Shown here: piece by piece, positions 47,201-57,077 of the stretch | Numbering within the stretch: the first letter of the stretch is position 1 | Layout of the letters: the number at the start of each line of letters is the position of its first letter | Assembly: GCA_964494885.1 (NCBI GenBank) | Contig: CAZBTH010000002.1 | Coordinates: 29,271 to 93,270 of the forward strand | Length of the DNA: 64,000 nt | Origin: an uncultured Gammaproteobacteria bacterium | GTDB taxonomy: Bacteria; Patescibacteriota; Microgenomatia; UBA8517 | Direction: 5' to 3' | Made by a program: the position numbers and the translations under genes | The notes under the pieces: generated by a model | Seen by the model: only the letters and a program-made list of their open reading frames with translations | The model's database searches: none | What the model was told of the DNA's origin: nothing

Positions 47201-48319
47201 TTAGGATCCGATTTTGAATTCCACAACATCACCGTCATGTATTACGTAGTCGCGGCCCTCGCTCGTCACCTTTCCGGCCTCGCGGGCGGCTTTCCAGCCG
47301 CCAGCTTTAACGAACTCGTCAAATCTGATTACATCTGATTTGACAAATTTTTTAATAAAATCCGTATGAATTACACCGGCGGCTTCCTGCGCACTGATAC
47401 CTACCGGTATCGTCCACGCCCTCACTTCCTTCTCCCCCGCTGTTAGAAAGGTAATAAGACCTAACGTTTTAAATGCTTTCTGAATTAAACGCTCAAGTCC
47501 CGATTTTTTAATTCCAAGATCCTCCATGTATATTTTTTGGTCTTCGTTAGAAAGTTCCGCAAGTTCGCTTTCGGTTTTGGCGCAAATTGCCACAACTTGA
47601 TCGGGGCTTAATTTAAGCTTTTCGGCAAACGAAATTTCCAAATCATGAGCGTTAACCAGATCTTTTTCATCCACATTTAAAACCACCAGTATGGATTTTG
47701 CAGTCAAAAGCCCCAGTTCCTTGGCCATTCTTTGCTCGTCTCCGGTCACTGCTATCATTCGAATGGTAGAAGAGGAATTAAGTGCCTGTTTGAATTTTTG
47801 AATTATCTTCCAACGATCTTTCAACTCCTTATCTGGAGTGTTTCCCGGATCTTTCTGTTTTTCAAGAGTTTGAAGATCTGCAAGGGCAAGTTCTGTTTCG
47901 ACAACTTCTAAATCAGTTTTAGGATCTGAAACGCCTCGTTTGACAATATCAGGGTCGCTAAACGCGCGAAGAACAAAACAAATTGCGTTGGTTTCCCTAA
48001 TGTGACTTAAAAATTTATTCCCCAACCCCTCCCCTTTTGAAGCGCCGGCAATAAGCCCTGCAATATCGACAAATTGAACGACCGCCGGAACTTCCGGCGG
48101 GAGCGAAACCCTGAGCGAAGTCGAAGGGTTCAACTCTTTTGCCACTACTTCCGCTAATTGAGGTAAACGTTCATCCGGCACAGGTACAATCCCTATATTT
48201 GGTTCAATAGTGGCAAAAGGAAAATTGGCAACATACGCTTGTTGCTTTTTAAGCAGAGCGTTAAAAAGTGTACTTTTGCCTACATTTGGAAGACCCACTA
48301 TTCCGACGCTCAATCCCAT
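47201..48319 (-). CDS. ychF: Ribosome-binding ATPase YchF (Obg-like GTPase family)
   Basis: MGLSVGIVGLPNVGKSTLFNAL G1 motif; C-terminal TGS domain. Confidence 0.9.
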   Translation of the reverse strand: MGLSVGIVGLPNVGKSTLFNALLKKQQAYVANFPFATIEPNIGIVPVPDERLPQLAEVVAKELNPSTSLRVSLPPEVPAVVQFVDIAGLIAGASKGEGLGNKFLSHIRETNAICFVLRAFSDPDIVKRGVSDPKTDLEVVETELALADLQTLEKQKDPGNTPDKELKDRWKIIQKFKQALNSSSTIRMIAVTGDEQRMAKELGLLTAKSILVVLNVDEKDLVNAHDLEISFAEKLKLSPDQVVAICAKTESELAELSNEDQKIYMEDLGIKKSGLERLIQKAFKTLGLITFLTAGEKEVRAWTIPVGISAQEAAGVIHTDFIKKFVKSDVIRFDEFVKAGGWKAAREAGKVTSEGRDYVIHDGDVVEFKIGS

Positions 48320-49892
48320 GTTCCAAGTATTGGGTATTTATTGGTATGTTTATCCATGTATTTACCTCTCCTCCTTTCTTAATGACTATTTTACTCACTA
48401 AATCCCTTAATACCAAGTCCTTATTTGAAAAGTCCTGTGATTTTAATACCTCCTTTGCTGCTTCATAAAGTAAAGATTTTTCAGTTTCATTAATGGTAAT
48501 TTTTACGGGTTTAAATTTAAGAAGTTTTTTAAGTTTTATTTCAAAGTTTAATTTCTTTTCCTTTACCTGCTTCATTAACCCCCTAAGTTGATCAATATCT
48601 ATCAAATTTTCTGCATACATTTGGGCAAATTTATTCTCTTGATCAAACAAATTAGATATTTTTGCCTTAGTTGTAAGAATATCTTGCTCTAAAGATAGAT
48701 TGACTTGTGATCTGCTCTCGGCATAATCCGTTATCTTTTGTTTAAGAAAAACATCATCAGATATTATGTTTTTAATGTGATTCCACCAAAGCCCCTCAAT
48801 TACAAAAACATTCACCCCCTCGCAATCACATGTTCTTAATTCATTTCTTCTCACCTTATCGCTACTTCTGTAATATCTTTGCGATCCTTGCTTTCCATCA
48901 CCAACCATAGGGAAACCATGTTCACAAAAGAATTTACCTGTGAGCAAATAGTTATATTTCTTGTTCTTGTGAGCAAATTTTTTGTTGTAATTTAATAATT
49001 CCAAGGACTTATTAAAAAGGAACTTATCATCAATAAGAACTGGAACATCAAACGGAATCCACTCTTCTTTTGGTCTTACCCTTCTGCTATTTTTCTTTAC
49101 TCTGATATATTTTTCATTTTTAATTCGTTTTTTACTTACAACTGATTCTGATTTATTGTAATAAGCAACGCCAGTAAAATATGTTTCGCAACACAAGATT
49201 CTACCTACTGGTCCTTTTGTCCAATATTTACTTTTACCCTTTTTTGTAGGAATACATTGGTCGGACAATTTTTTTATGATTTCATGAATACTCATCTTTT
49301 CAACAACAAACCAGTGAAAAATATTTTTAACAACATTACTTTCAAATTCATCTATTTCCCAATGTGTTGGAGTAGTTTCCGTTTTTTTAATGTATTTATA
49401 TCCATACAAAGCTGAACCATTGATTACTATTCCATTCTTTGCCTTATATAACTTCCCCCTTCTCATCCTCTCAATAATTTTTACTCTTTCATATTCATGA
49501 AAAACTCCCTGCATTGCTTGTAATACCTTTTCCTCAGGGGTATCAGCCTTGGTATCGTGCAACGATATAAATGAAACGTCATGGTCTTTCAATTCCTCAA
49601 TGATTACTTCCTGATGCGCAAACCTTCGGGACAATCTGCCACGATCATATACATACAAAGAGGTAAATTTCCCAACTACAGCAGCATCCCTCATCCTGTC
49701 TAAATCGGGTCGTGCTATTAGTTCCCCAGTCCAGCCATCATCAATAAATATATTTTCATCAGGAAGAATATTAGCGTCTTGAGCAATTTTTAACTTTAAT
49801 TCATCTATTTGAGATTCAATTGTAGCTTCTTGTTCTTGCCTTCCAGTAGAAACTCTTGCATACAAGGCAACTATCTTTCTGTCATTGTTCAT
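48261..49892 (-). CDS. Large serine recombinase (serine integrase)
   Basis: N-terminal resolvase domain with VALYARVSTGRQ catalytic Ser; recombinase domain; Cys-rich zinc-ribbon region; 543 aa; the C-terminal 59 nt overlap the ychF start. Confidence 0.85.
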   Translation of the reverse strand: MNNDRKIVALYARVSTGRQEQEATIESQIDELKLKIAQDANILPDENIFIDDGWTGELIARPDLDRMRDAAVVGKFTSLYVYDRGRLSRRFAHQEVIIEELKDHDVSFISLHDTKADTPEEKVLQAMQGVFHEYERVKIIERMRRGKLYKAKNGIVINGSALYGYKYIKKTETTPTHWEIDEFESNVVKNIFHWFVVEKMSIHEIIKKLSDQCIPTKKGKSKYWTKGPVGRILCCETYFTGVAYYNKSESVVSKKRIKNEKYIRVKKNSRRVRPKEEWIPFDVPVLIDDKFLFNKSLELLNYNKKFAHKNKKYNYLLTGKFFCEHGFPMVGDGKQGSQRYYRSSDKVRRNELRTCDCEGVNVFVIEGLWWNHIKNIISDDVFLKQKITDYAESRSQVNLSLEQDILTTKAKISNLFDQENKFAQMYAENLIDIDQLRGLMKQVKEKKLNFEIKLKKLLKFKPVKITINETEKSLLYEAAKEVLKSQDFSNKDLVLRDLVSKIVIKKGGEVNTWINIPINTQYLEHGIERRNSGSSKCRQKYTF

Positions 49893-49893
49893 T

Positions 49894-50055
49894 TTATTTT
49901 ATAATTAACATCTTCTTCAGTTCGTTTTCGTTTATCCTCCACATTTTCCCAAATTTTACTGCAGGAATTTGTTTTCTTCTTGCCATACGATACACAGTTT
50001 GTTTATTAACCTTTAGTTTTCGTGCAACCTCATCAAGAGTAAGATATTGATCCAT
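49894..50055 (-). CDS. Excisionase/AlpA-like HTH DNA-binding protein (53 aa). Absent from the ORF track because it is under 60 aa
   Basis: Minus-strand translation MDQYLTLDEVARKLKVNKQTVYRMARRKQIPAVKFGKMWRINENELKKMLIIK; HTH_17/excisionase pattern; its stop is 1 nt from the integrase start. Confidence 0.55.
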   Translation of the reverse strand: MDQYLTLDEVARKLKVNKQTVYRMARRKQIPAVKFGKMWRINENELKKMLIIK

Positions 50056-50234
50056 ATATACTTATTTATACTTTAGTGTATTTTAGCGACATGTTAGAGT
50101 CAATGGTCTTTTCCCTTATTTTTGCCAGCAATTTGTCAAACATATCAAAATAAAATCTGTTAATTATTTGAGCATCCTCTTCATTCCCCTGAGGAAAAAA
50201 ATAAAATTTAAGCTTTCTAACCTTGTTCATATAT

Positions 50235-50630
50235 TTAAAAATCATTAATCACATTTTTAGAGGGACATGAAACTTCATAGCATTTTGATATTTGAGGATC
50301 TGGAAAGTTAGGTTTAGCAATCCAATCTTTTTTGTGCAGAAGATCTTCCTTAGCTTCCAGTGCTAATTCTTTAACTTTATTAAGATTACCCCCTTTTAAT
50401 GCCTCTCTTTGCTCGTAAAATCGCTTACAAGCCCTTGATAAAGAAACCTTATGGCAATAGTCATTCCAAACACTAATTCTTCTTTGATTCTCTATAGAAG
50501 AAATTTGTATTTTGCCACATTCGCACTTCATCTCCGAGTTATCATAAGACATCAACCACTTGTGGTTGTGTTTAGGAATGTTTGGGTGTGTAAATCTAAC
50601 GCTCATGAATATTTGCCTTTCCAATTTCAT
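50235..50630 (-). CDS. Hypothetical protein (element cargo)
   Basis: ORF; Cys pairs. Confidence 0.35.
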   Translation of the reverse strand: MKLERQIFMSVRFTHPNIPKHNHKWLMSYDNSEMKCECGKIQISSIENQRRISVWNDYCHKVSLSRACKRFYEQREALKGGNLNKVKELALEAKEDLLHKKDWIAKPNFPDPQISKCYEVSCPSKNVINDF

Positions 50631-51360
50631 TAGCTACGTTCATCAAATCAAAACCCTTTTCAACCCAAAAACGATCTTTTTCCATCCAATCAATTTGTCT
50701 ATTTACTGCATCAAATAAATATCCAGCAGCTAAGAGTTTATGAAGAGCGTTAATTTGCTTACCAAAATTAGGAAATTTTACCCCCCTACTTTCGGCAAAA
50801 CTATTAACAAATTCTATACACCCACCATGTCCTTCATTTACATTGGGGCACTTGTGTTTCTTATTAGAATTATTTTCTTCACGATCACTTTTAAGTGAAG
50901 AGTGAATCAAACCATTGTTTTCATTATTATATTTATTGTTAGTGGTTGGTGGTTGGTTATCGGTAGGTTGTTTTGGTGGTTTAAGAGTCGGTTCCTCTGT
51001 TGAATAATTATTGAAGAAAATTCCGTCAGCAAGGTATTTTCCGATGGTGTATTGGGTGGTTGATCCAACGGTTGTTATTAAATTAAGACGCTCTAATTTT
51101 TTGTATAAACTTCTATATTCTTGTTCTGATATACCAACTCTTTCTGAGGTATTTTTTCTACCTGTTACGAACTCCCTAACTTTTAGGCTAATCAACTTGC
51201 CGTTATACTCAATATCTGCATCATCTCTTCTTGACCTTTCGGCAAATTCATAAAGCAACCTAAAAGCTTTAGGATTCGTTCTTATCCAATCTGGCATGTT
51301 TTTGGTTCTCGCGCCCTGTATCCAACTGTCGGGTCTGATACCTAATTCTGCTTTTTTCAT
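50596..51360 (-). CDS. Putative replication-initiator-like protein (N-terminal winged-helix-like region, low-complexity middle)
   Basis: N-terminal basic helix region; Asn/Pro/Thr-rich linker; translationally coupled to an upstream small zinc-ribbon ORF. Confidence 0.35.
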   Translation of the reverse strand: MKKAELGIRPDSWIQGARTKNMPDWIRTNPKAFRLLYEFAERSRRDDADIEYNGKLISLKVREFVTGRKNTSERVGISEQEYRSLYKKLERLNLITTVGSTTQYTIGKYLADGIFFNNYSTEEPTLKPPKQPTDNQPPTTNNKYNNENNGLIHSSLKSDREENNSNKKHKCPNVNEGHGGCIEFVNSFAESRGVKFPNFGKQINALHKLLAAGYLFDAVNRQIDWMEKDRFWVEKGFDLMNVANEIGKANIHER

Positions 51361-51530
51361 TCCGCTCCCTCCTCTCTTTTTATGGGAACAAGAATGTAAC
51401 CTTTGCCTTTACACGCATGGCAAATAAGCGTGCCATATTTGAGCGTTCCAAAGCTATTGCAAACTGGACACTTTTGAGCAATGTGCGTAGCTTTAGGGCT
51501 TTCATTAAATGTATTTTGTGTGTTTTGCAT
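51357..51530 (-). CDS. Small zinc-ribbon protein (57 aa), translationally coupled by an ATGA overlap to 50596-51360
   Basis: Minus-strand MQNTQNTFNESPKATHIAQKCPVCNSFGTLKYGTLICHACKGKGYILVPIKREEGAE; GGAGGGAG SD for the downstream gene lies inside its 3' end. Confidence 0.35.
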   Translation of the reverse strand: MQNTQNTFNESPKATHIAQKCPVCNSFGTLKYGTLICHACKGKGYILVPIKREEGAE

Positions 51531-51955
51531 TTAACCATTAAAAAAGACACAGTTAGAAACTTGTTAAATCTCTTGGCTGTGCCTGGTCAAATGCTCAATA
51601 TGGAGCGTGAATCGGGCTAAATGCCTATTTGATTAGTATTAAGAAGAAGAGTCTGGAGCTTAATTATCATTCTTTGCTTCAATCCCTCCCTCTATCCAGC
51701 TAAATTTTTATACCCTTTTAAAGTTGATGTCAACTAGATATTCCAAAACCTCAAGTATGGGGTAGGTATAGTTCAATTATCAAACCTATTGCTTAGCAAT
51801 ATAGTCATTACACTTACACAGAGGGTAGCCTACAATTTGTCAAAGCTATTGTATTGGAGTTGTATTGTTGTTGTAGATGGCAAGATACGAAGCTTTAGCC
51901 TTGAGATGAGAGGGGTCGTTGGCATATTTGGGTGTAGTCCCCATACACAAAAGCC

Positions 51956-52603
51956 CTAGTTACTTTGAGGTCTAACAACACAAGAGGTTTGATACCAAAC
52001 TGGAATAAATTTGCTTTCTTTATAAATATATCTAGTGGTTTTATACTCCCCCGTATTCCAATCTACATTTTCATTTAAGAAAAAACCATTATTATCTCCA
52101 ACTTCTTTGATATAAACATTTGCTCCCTTAGCTTTGAAAACTACATATCCATCTTTAACAATTACAGCTAAATTTGGTGTGTGATTCATAGCAATATCAG
52201 CAGAGAGTATCCTTTCATTCTTTTGATCATTATCTACATCAAATTTTCTTTCTATCCACGCATCATTTGGAAGAACCACATATAATTCTTCACCATATGG
52301 AGATTTTGTAGGATCAAACTTCTCTTTTAATGGAAGAGTTTCTTCACTTGAATTTACTAATTTTGGTGGATACGTAACCATCACTTCATTAAAAATATTT
52401 GAAAAATATTCTTTTGGAAAGTTTTTATCCATGTAATGTGGACAATTAACGCTAACTAATTGAGATTTTTGAATATCATCAAACTGACTTGATTTTATTG
52501 CTCCAGATAATATAAGTGTTCCTATTATTGAAACGGTTGACAACAATATGTAGGATAAGTATTTTCTCACTTGCATTGTGGAAAAACTAAAATTTTTGAG
52601 CAT
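51956..52603 (-). CDS. Secreted/membrane-anchored hypothetical protein
   Basis: N-terminal hydrophobic segment. Confidence 0.4.
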   Translation of the reverse strand: MLKNFSFSTMQVRKYLSYILLSTVSIIGTLILSGAIKSSQFDDIQKSQLVSVNCPHYMDKNFPKEYFSNIFNEVMVTYPPKLVNSSEETLPLKEKFDPTKSPYGEELYVVLPNDAWIERKFDVDNDQKNERILSADIAMNHTPNLAVIVKDGYVVFKAKGANVYIKEVGDNNGFFLNENVDWNTGEYKTTRYIYKESKFIPVWYQTSCVVRPQSN

Positions 52604-52770
52604 CCTTGACCCGTTAAGTTATTTACTTTTGCACCCCAACCGAGTGGACTGTATGAATATCTATTTAACCAGATCAATAAACAAAGAAGCAAAACAATAA
52701 TTATAAGTATAATTTTTGTGAAATATCTTTTATCTAATATTGATTTTGCAATTTTAATCCATTTAAACAT
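52567..52770 (-). CDS. Small membrane protein
   Basis: Single TM helix. Confidence 0.3.
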   Translation of the reverse strand: MFKWIKIAKSILDKRYFTKIILIIIVLLLCLLIWLNRYSYSPLGWGAKVNNLTGQGCSKILVFPQCK

Positions 52771-52811
52771 AGTGCTATTATTTATTAAATAAAATGCTCA
52801 GTTAGTATTAA

Positions 52812-53504
52812 TTATTTCAATTTAAATATGAATTTACCGACAATGTTTTTTCTATCAATTTGATTAACGTCTTTTTCTCTTTTATCAAACATGATTAAAT
52901 ATTTATTTTCTTCCAATTTAATATCAATAATTTTATCGTCCTCCCAGCCTGACCAATCTACATAGGGCTCATTCAACAAATCCCCATTCACAATTACCTC
53001 TCCTTTTTTTAATATTAAATTTTCATTAGGTAAGCCGATAATTCTTCCCATAATTGATCCACCGCTATTTGATCTATACTCAACAACATCACTTCGTTTT
53101 GGATCTATCAATTTGTAAGAAATAACACTCACAAGGTAATACTCATCATTTTTATATGCGGGTTCCATTTTTTGCCCAGTAACTATTGCGTATCTTGCAA
53201 CAAATATGGGGGTTAAAAAGATAATCCCCGTCAATATCAACATTGAAACAAGAATTATTTTTATAATTTTATTTACAGACAAAAATAACCACCATAAAAA
53301 CGACAAACCCCCTATTACCAAAGATAAGAGTATTGTAAGTGTAATTATATTGAGAGTATCTCCACTTTGATTACCAGAAACCTCCATCATTAACCAAACA
53401 ATTGAGAGAATAAATAAAAAAACAGATATCAACCAAACCTTTAGTAAGATTTTCTTTTTGGGGTTCTTTTGTTGTGTAAGAACTTGTTTGTCTTCATTGG
53501 TCAT
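52812..53504 (-). CDS. S26 signal-peptidase-I-like protein with 3 N-terminal TM helices; canonical catalytic Ser/Lys positions appear substituted
   Basis: TGQKMEPAY aligns to box B SGSMxPTL with Ser replaced; GRIIGLPNENLILKKGEVIVNGDLLNEPY matches boxes D/E but lacks the Lys. Confidence 0.5.
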   Translation of the reverse strand: MTNEDKQVLTQQKNPKKKILLKVWLISVFLFILSIVWLMMEVSGNQSGDTLNIITLTILLSLVIGGLSFLWWLFLSVNKIIKIILVSMLILTGIIFLTPIFVARYAIVTGQKMEPAYKNDEYYLVSVISYKLIDPKRSDVVEYRSNSGGSIMGRIIGLPNENLILKKGEVIVNGDLLNEPYVDWSGWEDDKIIDIKLEENKYLIMFDKREKDVNQIDRKNIVGKFIFKLK

Positions 53505-53599
53505 ATATCAACTGTTATTTCCTATTATAAGAGCTATACCTCAATAAATGCAAGATATATCTGGTAAAGATTTATTTTGGAATCTACTACCCTTAGGGT

Positions 53600-53812
53600 A
53601 TGAATTACCAACCGATTTATAGAAAGTTAGGTGAAAGGATTGAGTGGTTTCGTAAGGAAAAGGGGTTAACGCAAGAAGAACTAGCTGAAAAAGCGGGACT
53701 ACATAGGGCTTATTTTTGGGATATTGAAAAAGGAAGAAATATCTCAATAAGAACCGCATATAACCTATCAAAAGCACTTGGAGTATCACTCTCCGAATTA
53801 TTCAATATTTGA
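53600..53812 (+). CDS. XRE-family HTH transcriptional regulator
   Basis: GLTQEELAEKAGLHRAYFWDIEKGRNISIRTAYNLSKALGVSLSELF. Confidence 0.75.
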   Translation: MNYQPIYRKLGERIEWFRKEKGLTQEELAEKAGLHRAYFWDIEKGRNISIRTAYNLSKALGVSLSELFNI

Positions 53813-53818
53813 TAATTC

Positions 53819-54118
53819 TTAAAAAGCATCTTCTGTGCCAATTGGAGGATCAAATACTGGAGCAGGCGTTACTGGTGTCGGAATGTTTGGCATCGTAGGT
53901 TTAGGTCTAGGGCTTCTTGAAACTGGTAATATTTGAAAAGTATTGCGTAATGCATAATAAAATCCGTTCCTCTCAAAAAGTTGTCCCAAAAAACTCCCAG
54001 TTGGACTCCAGATATAATTTTGATTGTCTAACCAACCTAAATACTCGCCATCCCATCTAAAAATATTATTCTGATCCGTAAACGCTAAATATTTTCCACT
54101 CGTTTTATATATATTCAT
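53819..54118 (-). CDS. Hypothetical protein
   Basis: ORF; 4-bp overlap with the protease gene. Confidence 0.35.
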   Translation of the reverse strand: MNIYKTSGKYLAFTDQNNIFRWDGEYLGWLDNQNYIWSPTGSFLGQLFERNGFYYALRNTFQILPVSRSPRPKPTMPNIPTPVTPAPVFDPPIGTEDAF

Positions 54119-54840
54119 GTTTTTTTATTTCTAGATCCTTTGATTTTATTGTTTAAATTTAATGCTTTACTTATTATCTTGTGTTCTGGTATATAACTTG
54201 CGGGTATGGCATACCCAATACCAAGTTGCAAATTACTCATAAGTGCTTTGTAAATATCAACTAAATCTACACTATGTATTGATATAGCACCTGAATACAT
54301 TTTATTGACTTTGTCTAGTATTTCCTTTCCTTCTCTTCTTTGAGCATTAACTACACCAATTACACTACCATCTTCAGCCAATAAAGGACAACCACTATTC
54401 CCTGGGTTGACGGTTCCATCAATCAGATAAGTGGTAACACCAGTAGCGTCTTGTGTTATAGAGGATATGATACCCCGATGAGTAGTCAAATCATCTAAGT
54501 CAAGAGGGTAACCAGAAAACAGAACTTCTATACCAGGCTTTACATCGCCCTCAAATTTTATCAATGGTTTTCGGTCTGAATCTTGAATACCCAGCAAGGC
54601 TAAATCATGCTCTTCGTCTCTTAACAATACTTTGGCTACTCTGAATTCACTATCATCCTGAAACTTAACAAAATTAATATACTCTGAACCTAGAATCACA
54701 TGATTACAGGTAACTATAATTCCCGATTTGAAATAAACAAAGCCTGTGCCAGTCCCTACGGATTTCTTAATGTTGGGGTCAAAAGTTATTATTTTCGCAA
54801 CACTATTTCTAATTTTCAATATAGTGTTTGAGGAATCCAT
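54115..54840 (-). CDS. Trypsin-like (S1/chymotrypsin-fold) serine protease
   Basis: Catalytic triad context TCNHV (His), DLALL (Asp), GNSGCPL (Ser). Confidence 0.7.
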   Translation of the reverse strand: MDSSNTILKIRNSVAKIITFDPNIKKSVGTGTGFVYFKSGIIVTCNHVILGSEYINFVKFQDDSEFRVAKVLLRDEEHDLALLGIQDSDRKPLIKFEGDVKPGIEVLFSGYPLDLDDLTTHRGIISSITQDATGVTTYLIDGTVNPGNSGCPLLAEDGSVIGVVNAQRREGKEILDKVNKMYSGAISIHSVDLVDIYKALMSNLQLGIGYAIPASYIPEHKIISKALNLNNKIKGSRNKKT

Positions 54841-55087
54841 TAATTCAGATTATACAGATAAAATATGGTTATTAAAAGATCAATAAAAGAAACTTTTATA
54901 TTAAGAATTACTTTTTGTCTAGTTTTAATATAAAAAGGGTTGTATTTTTGATTGTTTAATCCTTCCAAAGTTATCTCTTGATAAAATTAATCTAGCTTTA
55001 CAAGGTTCTGGCAATATAAATGAAGAAACCAATTCTATTTTTGGAATAGTGAACTGTATGTTCCCACAGATAAACTCATATGAAGTA

Positions 55088-55366
55088 TTATACCGCAATT
55101 GCCTTTTGTTCCAATTTGGAGACTCTTTTTTCCAATTTATTAAATTCTTCGACAGTCGGGGCATCATCCTCCAAATTTGCCACCTGCAAACCAATCTTGT
55201 CAATTCTCTGTGTAAGGTTCTTATTAACTTTGTCGATCTTATCATTAACACCCTCAAAGCCTTTTTGTGTTTCTTTTCGAAGCTTACCGATTTCACCAAG
55301 CAGTTCAGACTTCATGGCGCTTTGGCCGTTAATTAGCACTCGCAACATTTTCTTTGTGTCGTCCAT
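55088..55366 (-). CDS. Small coiled-coil protein
   Basis: Heptad repeats; I prefer it to the overlapping 54925-55299 ORF. Confidence 0.35.
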   Translation of the reverse strand: MDDTKKMLRVLINGQSAMKSELLGEIGKLRKETQKGFEGVNDKIDKVNKNLTQRIDKIGLQVANLEDDAPTVEEFNKLEKRVSKLEQKAIAV

Positions 55367-55595
55367 GCATTCAATATATCACTTAGTAGTCACCAATTTC
55401 AACGCTATTCAATCCATAAAGAATATCATCAATCTGTCATTCAACTGGTTCGACTTCGATCGCATGGGTCTGTTCAGAAGGGTAAATTTGGAACAGTGAA
55501 AAGACTATCCCGAAAGAAAGCTGTGGCGTGGCTAGATTTTAGCATACTCTCTCCCCTATTTTTACTCCTCAGAAGATTAGTGTATAATTCCCGCC

Positions 55596-56777
55596 ATGAA
55601 ACAGGAAATACTATTTGCCGAAGCTAAAAACCTTAAGGCTGAATTCACCTTTTCAAAACTGGACGCAGAGGAAAAAGAAATAGTTGACTCACTTGTTACA
55701 TGGTCAAACCCGGAAAGGTTTGCCGACCGAATCGAACAACTTCATGGCAGAAGTGTGGTTATTAAAAGCCCGACAAGACATGTTTCGGATCCTACAGACT
55801 TTTTCATGGAAAAATATGACGGAATTCAACTTTTTGGATTCGGAGGCGCAAGGGCAATGATACGTGAAGGTGTCGCTGAGGTACCAAAAAAAATTGAAAT
55901 CACACAACTTAACGAGGCCGACCATTCAAACGAGCTTGCACAAATTATCGAGCTAAGGGACTTTGATGACAACGGCAGATTAAAAACATGGAATAGGACT
56001 TACGCCCCATTGCACGGAATGGACAAGGGCGAAGCAAAGGCCAGAAAGGCAATAACAGTAAAAATTGCCGAATATCACAGCAAAGTATTAAAAGAACAGG
56101 GAGTTCCTTTTTTCTGTGTCCCCGAATTTGTTGCAGAAGGTTTTTTTCCTGACAAAAGAGACCTTTCGGGTAATCCCCTGGTTTTCCAAGCATACAGAGT
56201 TCCTGTGATTGATCGATTTCCTTCTCAGTTGGTTCGAACCGCCGGTACGGAAGGCATGGAAGCCATGTTTAAACGTTTGCAAACATTTTCTTTCTTGGCA
56301 GGCAGATTTTTAAGAACCCTCCACAAAACATTCGAACTGGCCTACATGGACGGACATATGGGAAATATGAGTTTACTAAGAACCGGAAAAATGGCCGGAA
56401 TTTATGCAACCGATTTGGGAAGCGCCAAAGATATAAAAAGCCACCCGTTTGCAGAAAAATTCAGAGGAATTGATATATACACTTATATAGCAACATCACG
56501 TCGGCTTATAGTAAGCTTTATTAATTATTTGAAAGAAAGACATGTCAGTGACAAAACCTTAAAAGATATTCAGAATTCACTTACATCTATCGGTGTTGAC
56601 GGCTTTGCCTCGGGATATTTTGAAAGTGAAATATCGGGAGGTGAAACCATGGCCCCAAGAGAAATTATTGAGAAAGGGAAAAAATTTGGAAACGACCTTA
56701 TGAAGATATTCTCCCCAAATAGCAGTCCTCAAGTCTCACTGGATATGTTTGAGATATACCTTAAAGAAATGGTTTAG
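55596..56777 (+). CDS. Hypothetical protein, possibly protein-kinase-like / phosphotransferase fold
   Basis: DGHMGNM (HxxN-like catalytic loop) and ATDLGS (DFG-like) motifs; weak. Confidence 0.4.
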   Translation: MKQEILFAEAKNLKAEFTFSKLDAEEKEIVDSLVTWSNPERFADRIEQLHGRSVVIKSPTRHVSDPTDFFMEKYDGIQLFGFGGARAMIREGVAEVPKKIEITQLNEADHSNELAQIIELRDFDDNGRLKTWNRTYAPLHGMDKGEAKARKAITVKIAEYHSKVLKEQGVPFFCVPEFVAEGFFPDKRDLSGNPLVFQAYRVPVIDRFPSQLVRTAGTEGMEAMFKRLQTFSFLAGRFLRTLHKTFELAYMDGHMGNMSLLRTGKMAGIYATDLGSAKDIKSHPFAEKFRGIDIYTYIATSRRLIVSFINYLKERHVSDKTLKDIQNSLTSIGVDGFASGYFESEISGGETMAPREIIEKGKKFGNDLMKIFSPNSSPQVSLDMFEIYLKEMV

Positions 56778-57077
56778 TGATTTAAAGCGTTAAAAACGTG
56801 TGGTTTTCCCAACCTTGCTAACGTAACAATTCCCAAAGAAAGTGACATTAAATATTTTTACACTTTTCTGGAAACACTCGGGTCTATCTTTGGGCGTCGT
56901 ATTGAATTTTTGCAACTTCTGCTTCTGCTGCCTGTCTGATTTTCTTGCTCGCTTCGTCAGCGGCTGTTTGCCTTTGTTCAATAGCCAAACGATCAGCCTC
57001 ATCTTTAGTTTTTTGAGCCTCTCGGTCTATAGCCATCTTTTGTTGTCGTAGGTCTGTCATATGTTTCTGACTACGCA

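Larger units (their letters stand above)
48261..55590. mobile_element. Putative integrative element: serine recombinase, excisionase-like HTH protein, Rep-like protein, XRE regulator, and secreted/peptidase cargo. The right boundary is uncertain
   Basis: A large serine recombinase sits at one edge, abutting and overlapping the 5' end of ychF; an Xis-like HTH lies directly upstream; no phage structural genes; DNA looks more AT-rich by eye; core-type genes resume at about 55.6-56.9 kb. Confidence 0.45.

Noticed and set aside
51417-51620. 67-aa plus-strand ORF
   Set aside because: It is antisense to the better-supported minus-strand zinc-ribbon ORF (51357-51530), which is translationally coupled to the Rep-like gene.
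54925-55299. 124-aa minus-strand ORF overlapping the 55088-55366 coiled-coil ORF
   Set aside because: The two ORFs overlap over most of their length in different frames. I kept the one with the cleaner heptad pattern, and neither call is strong.
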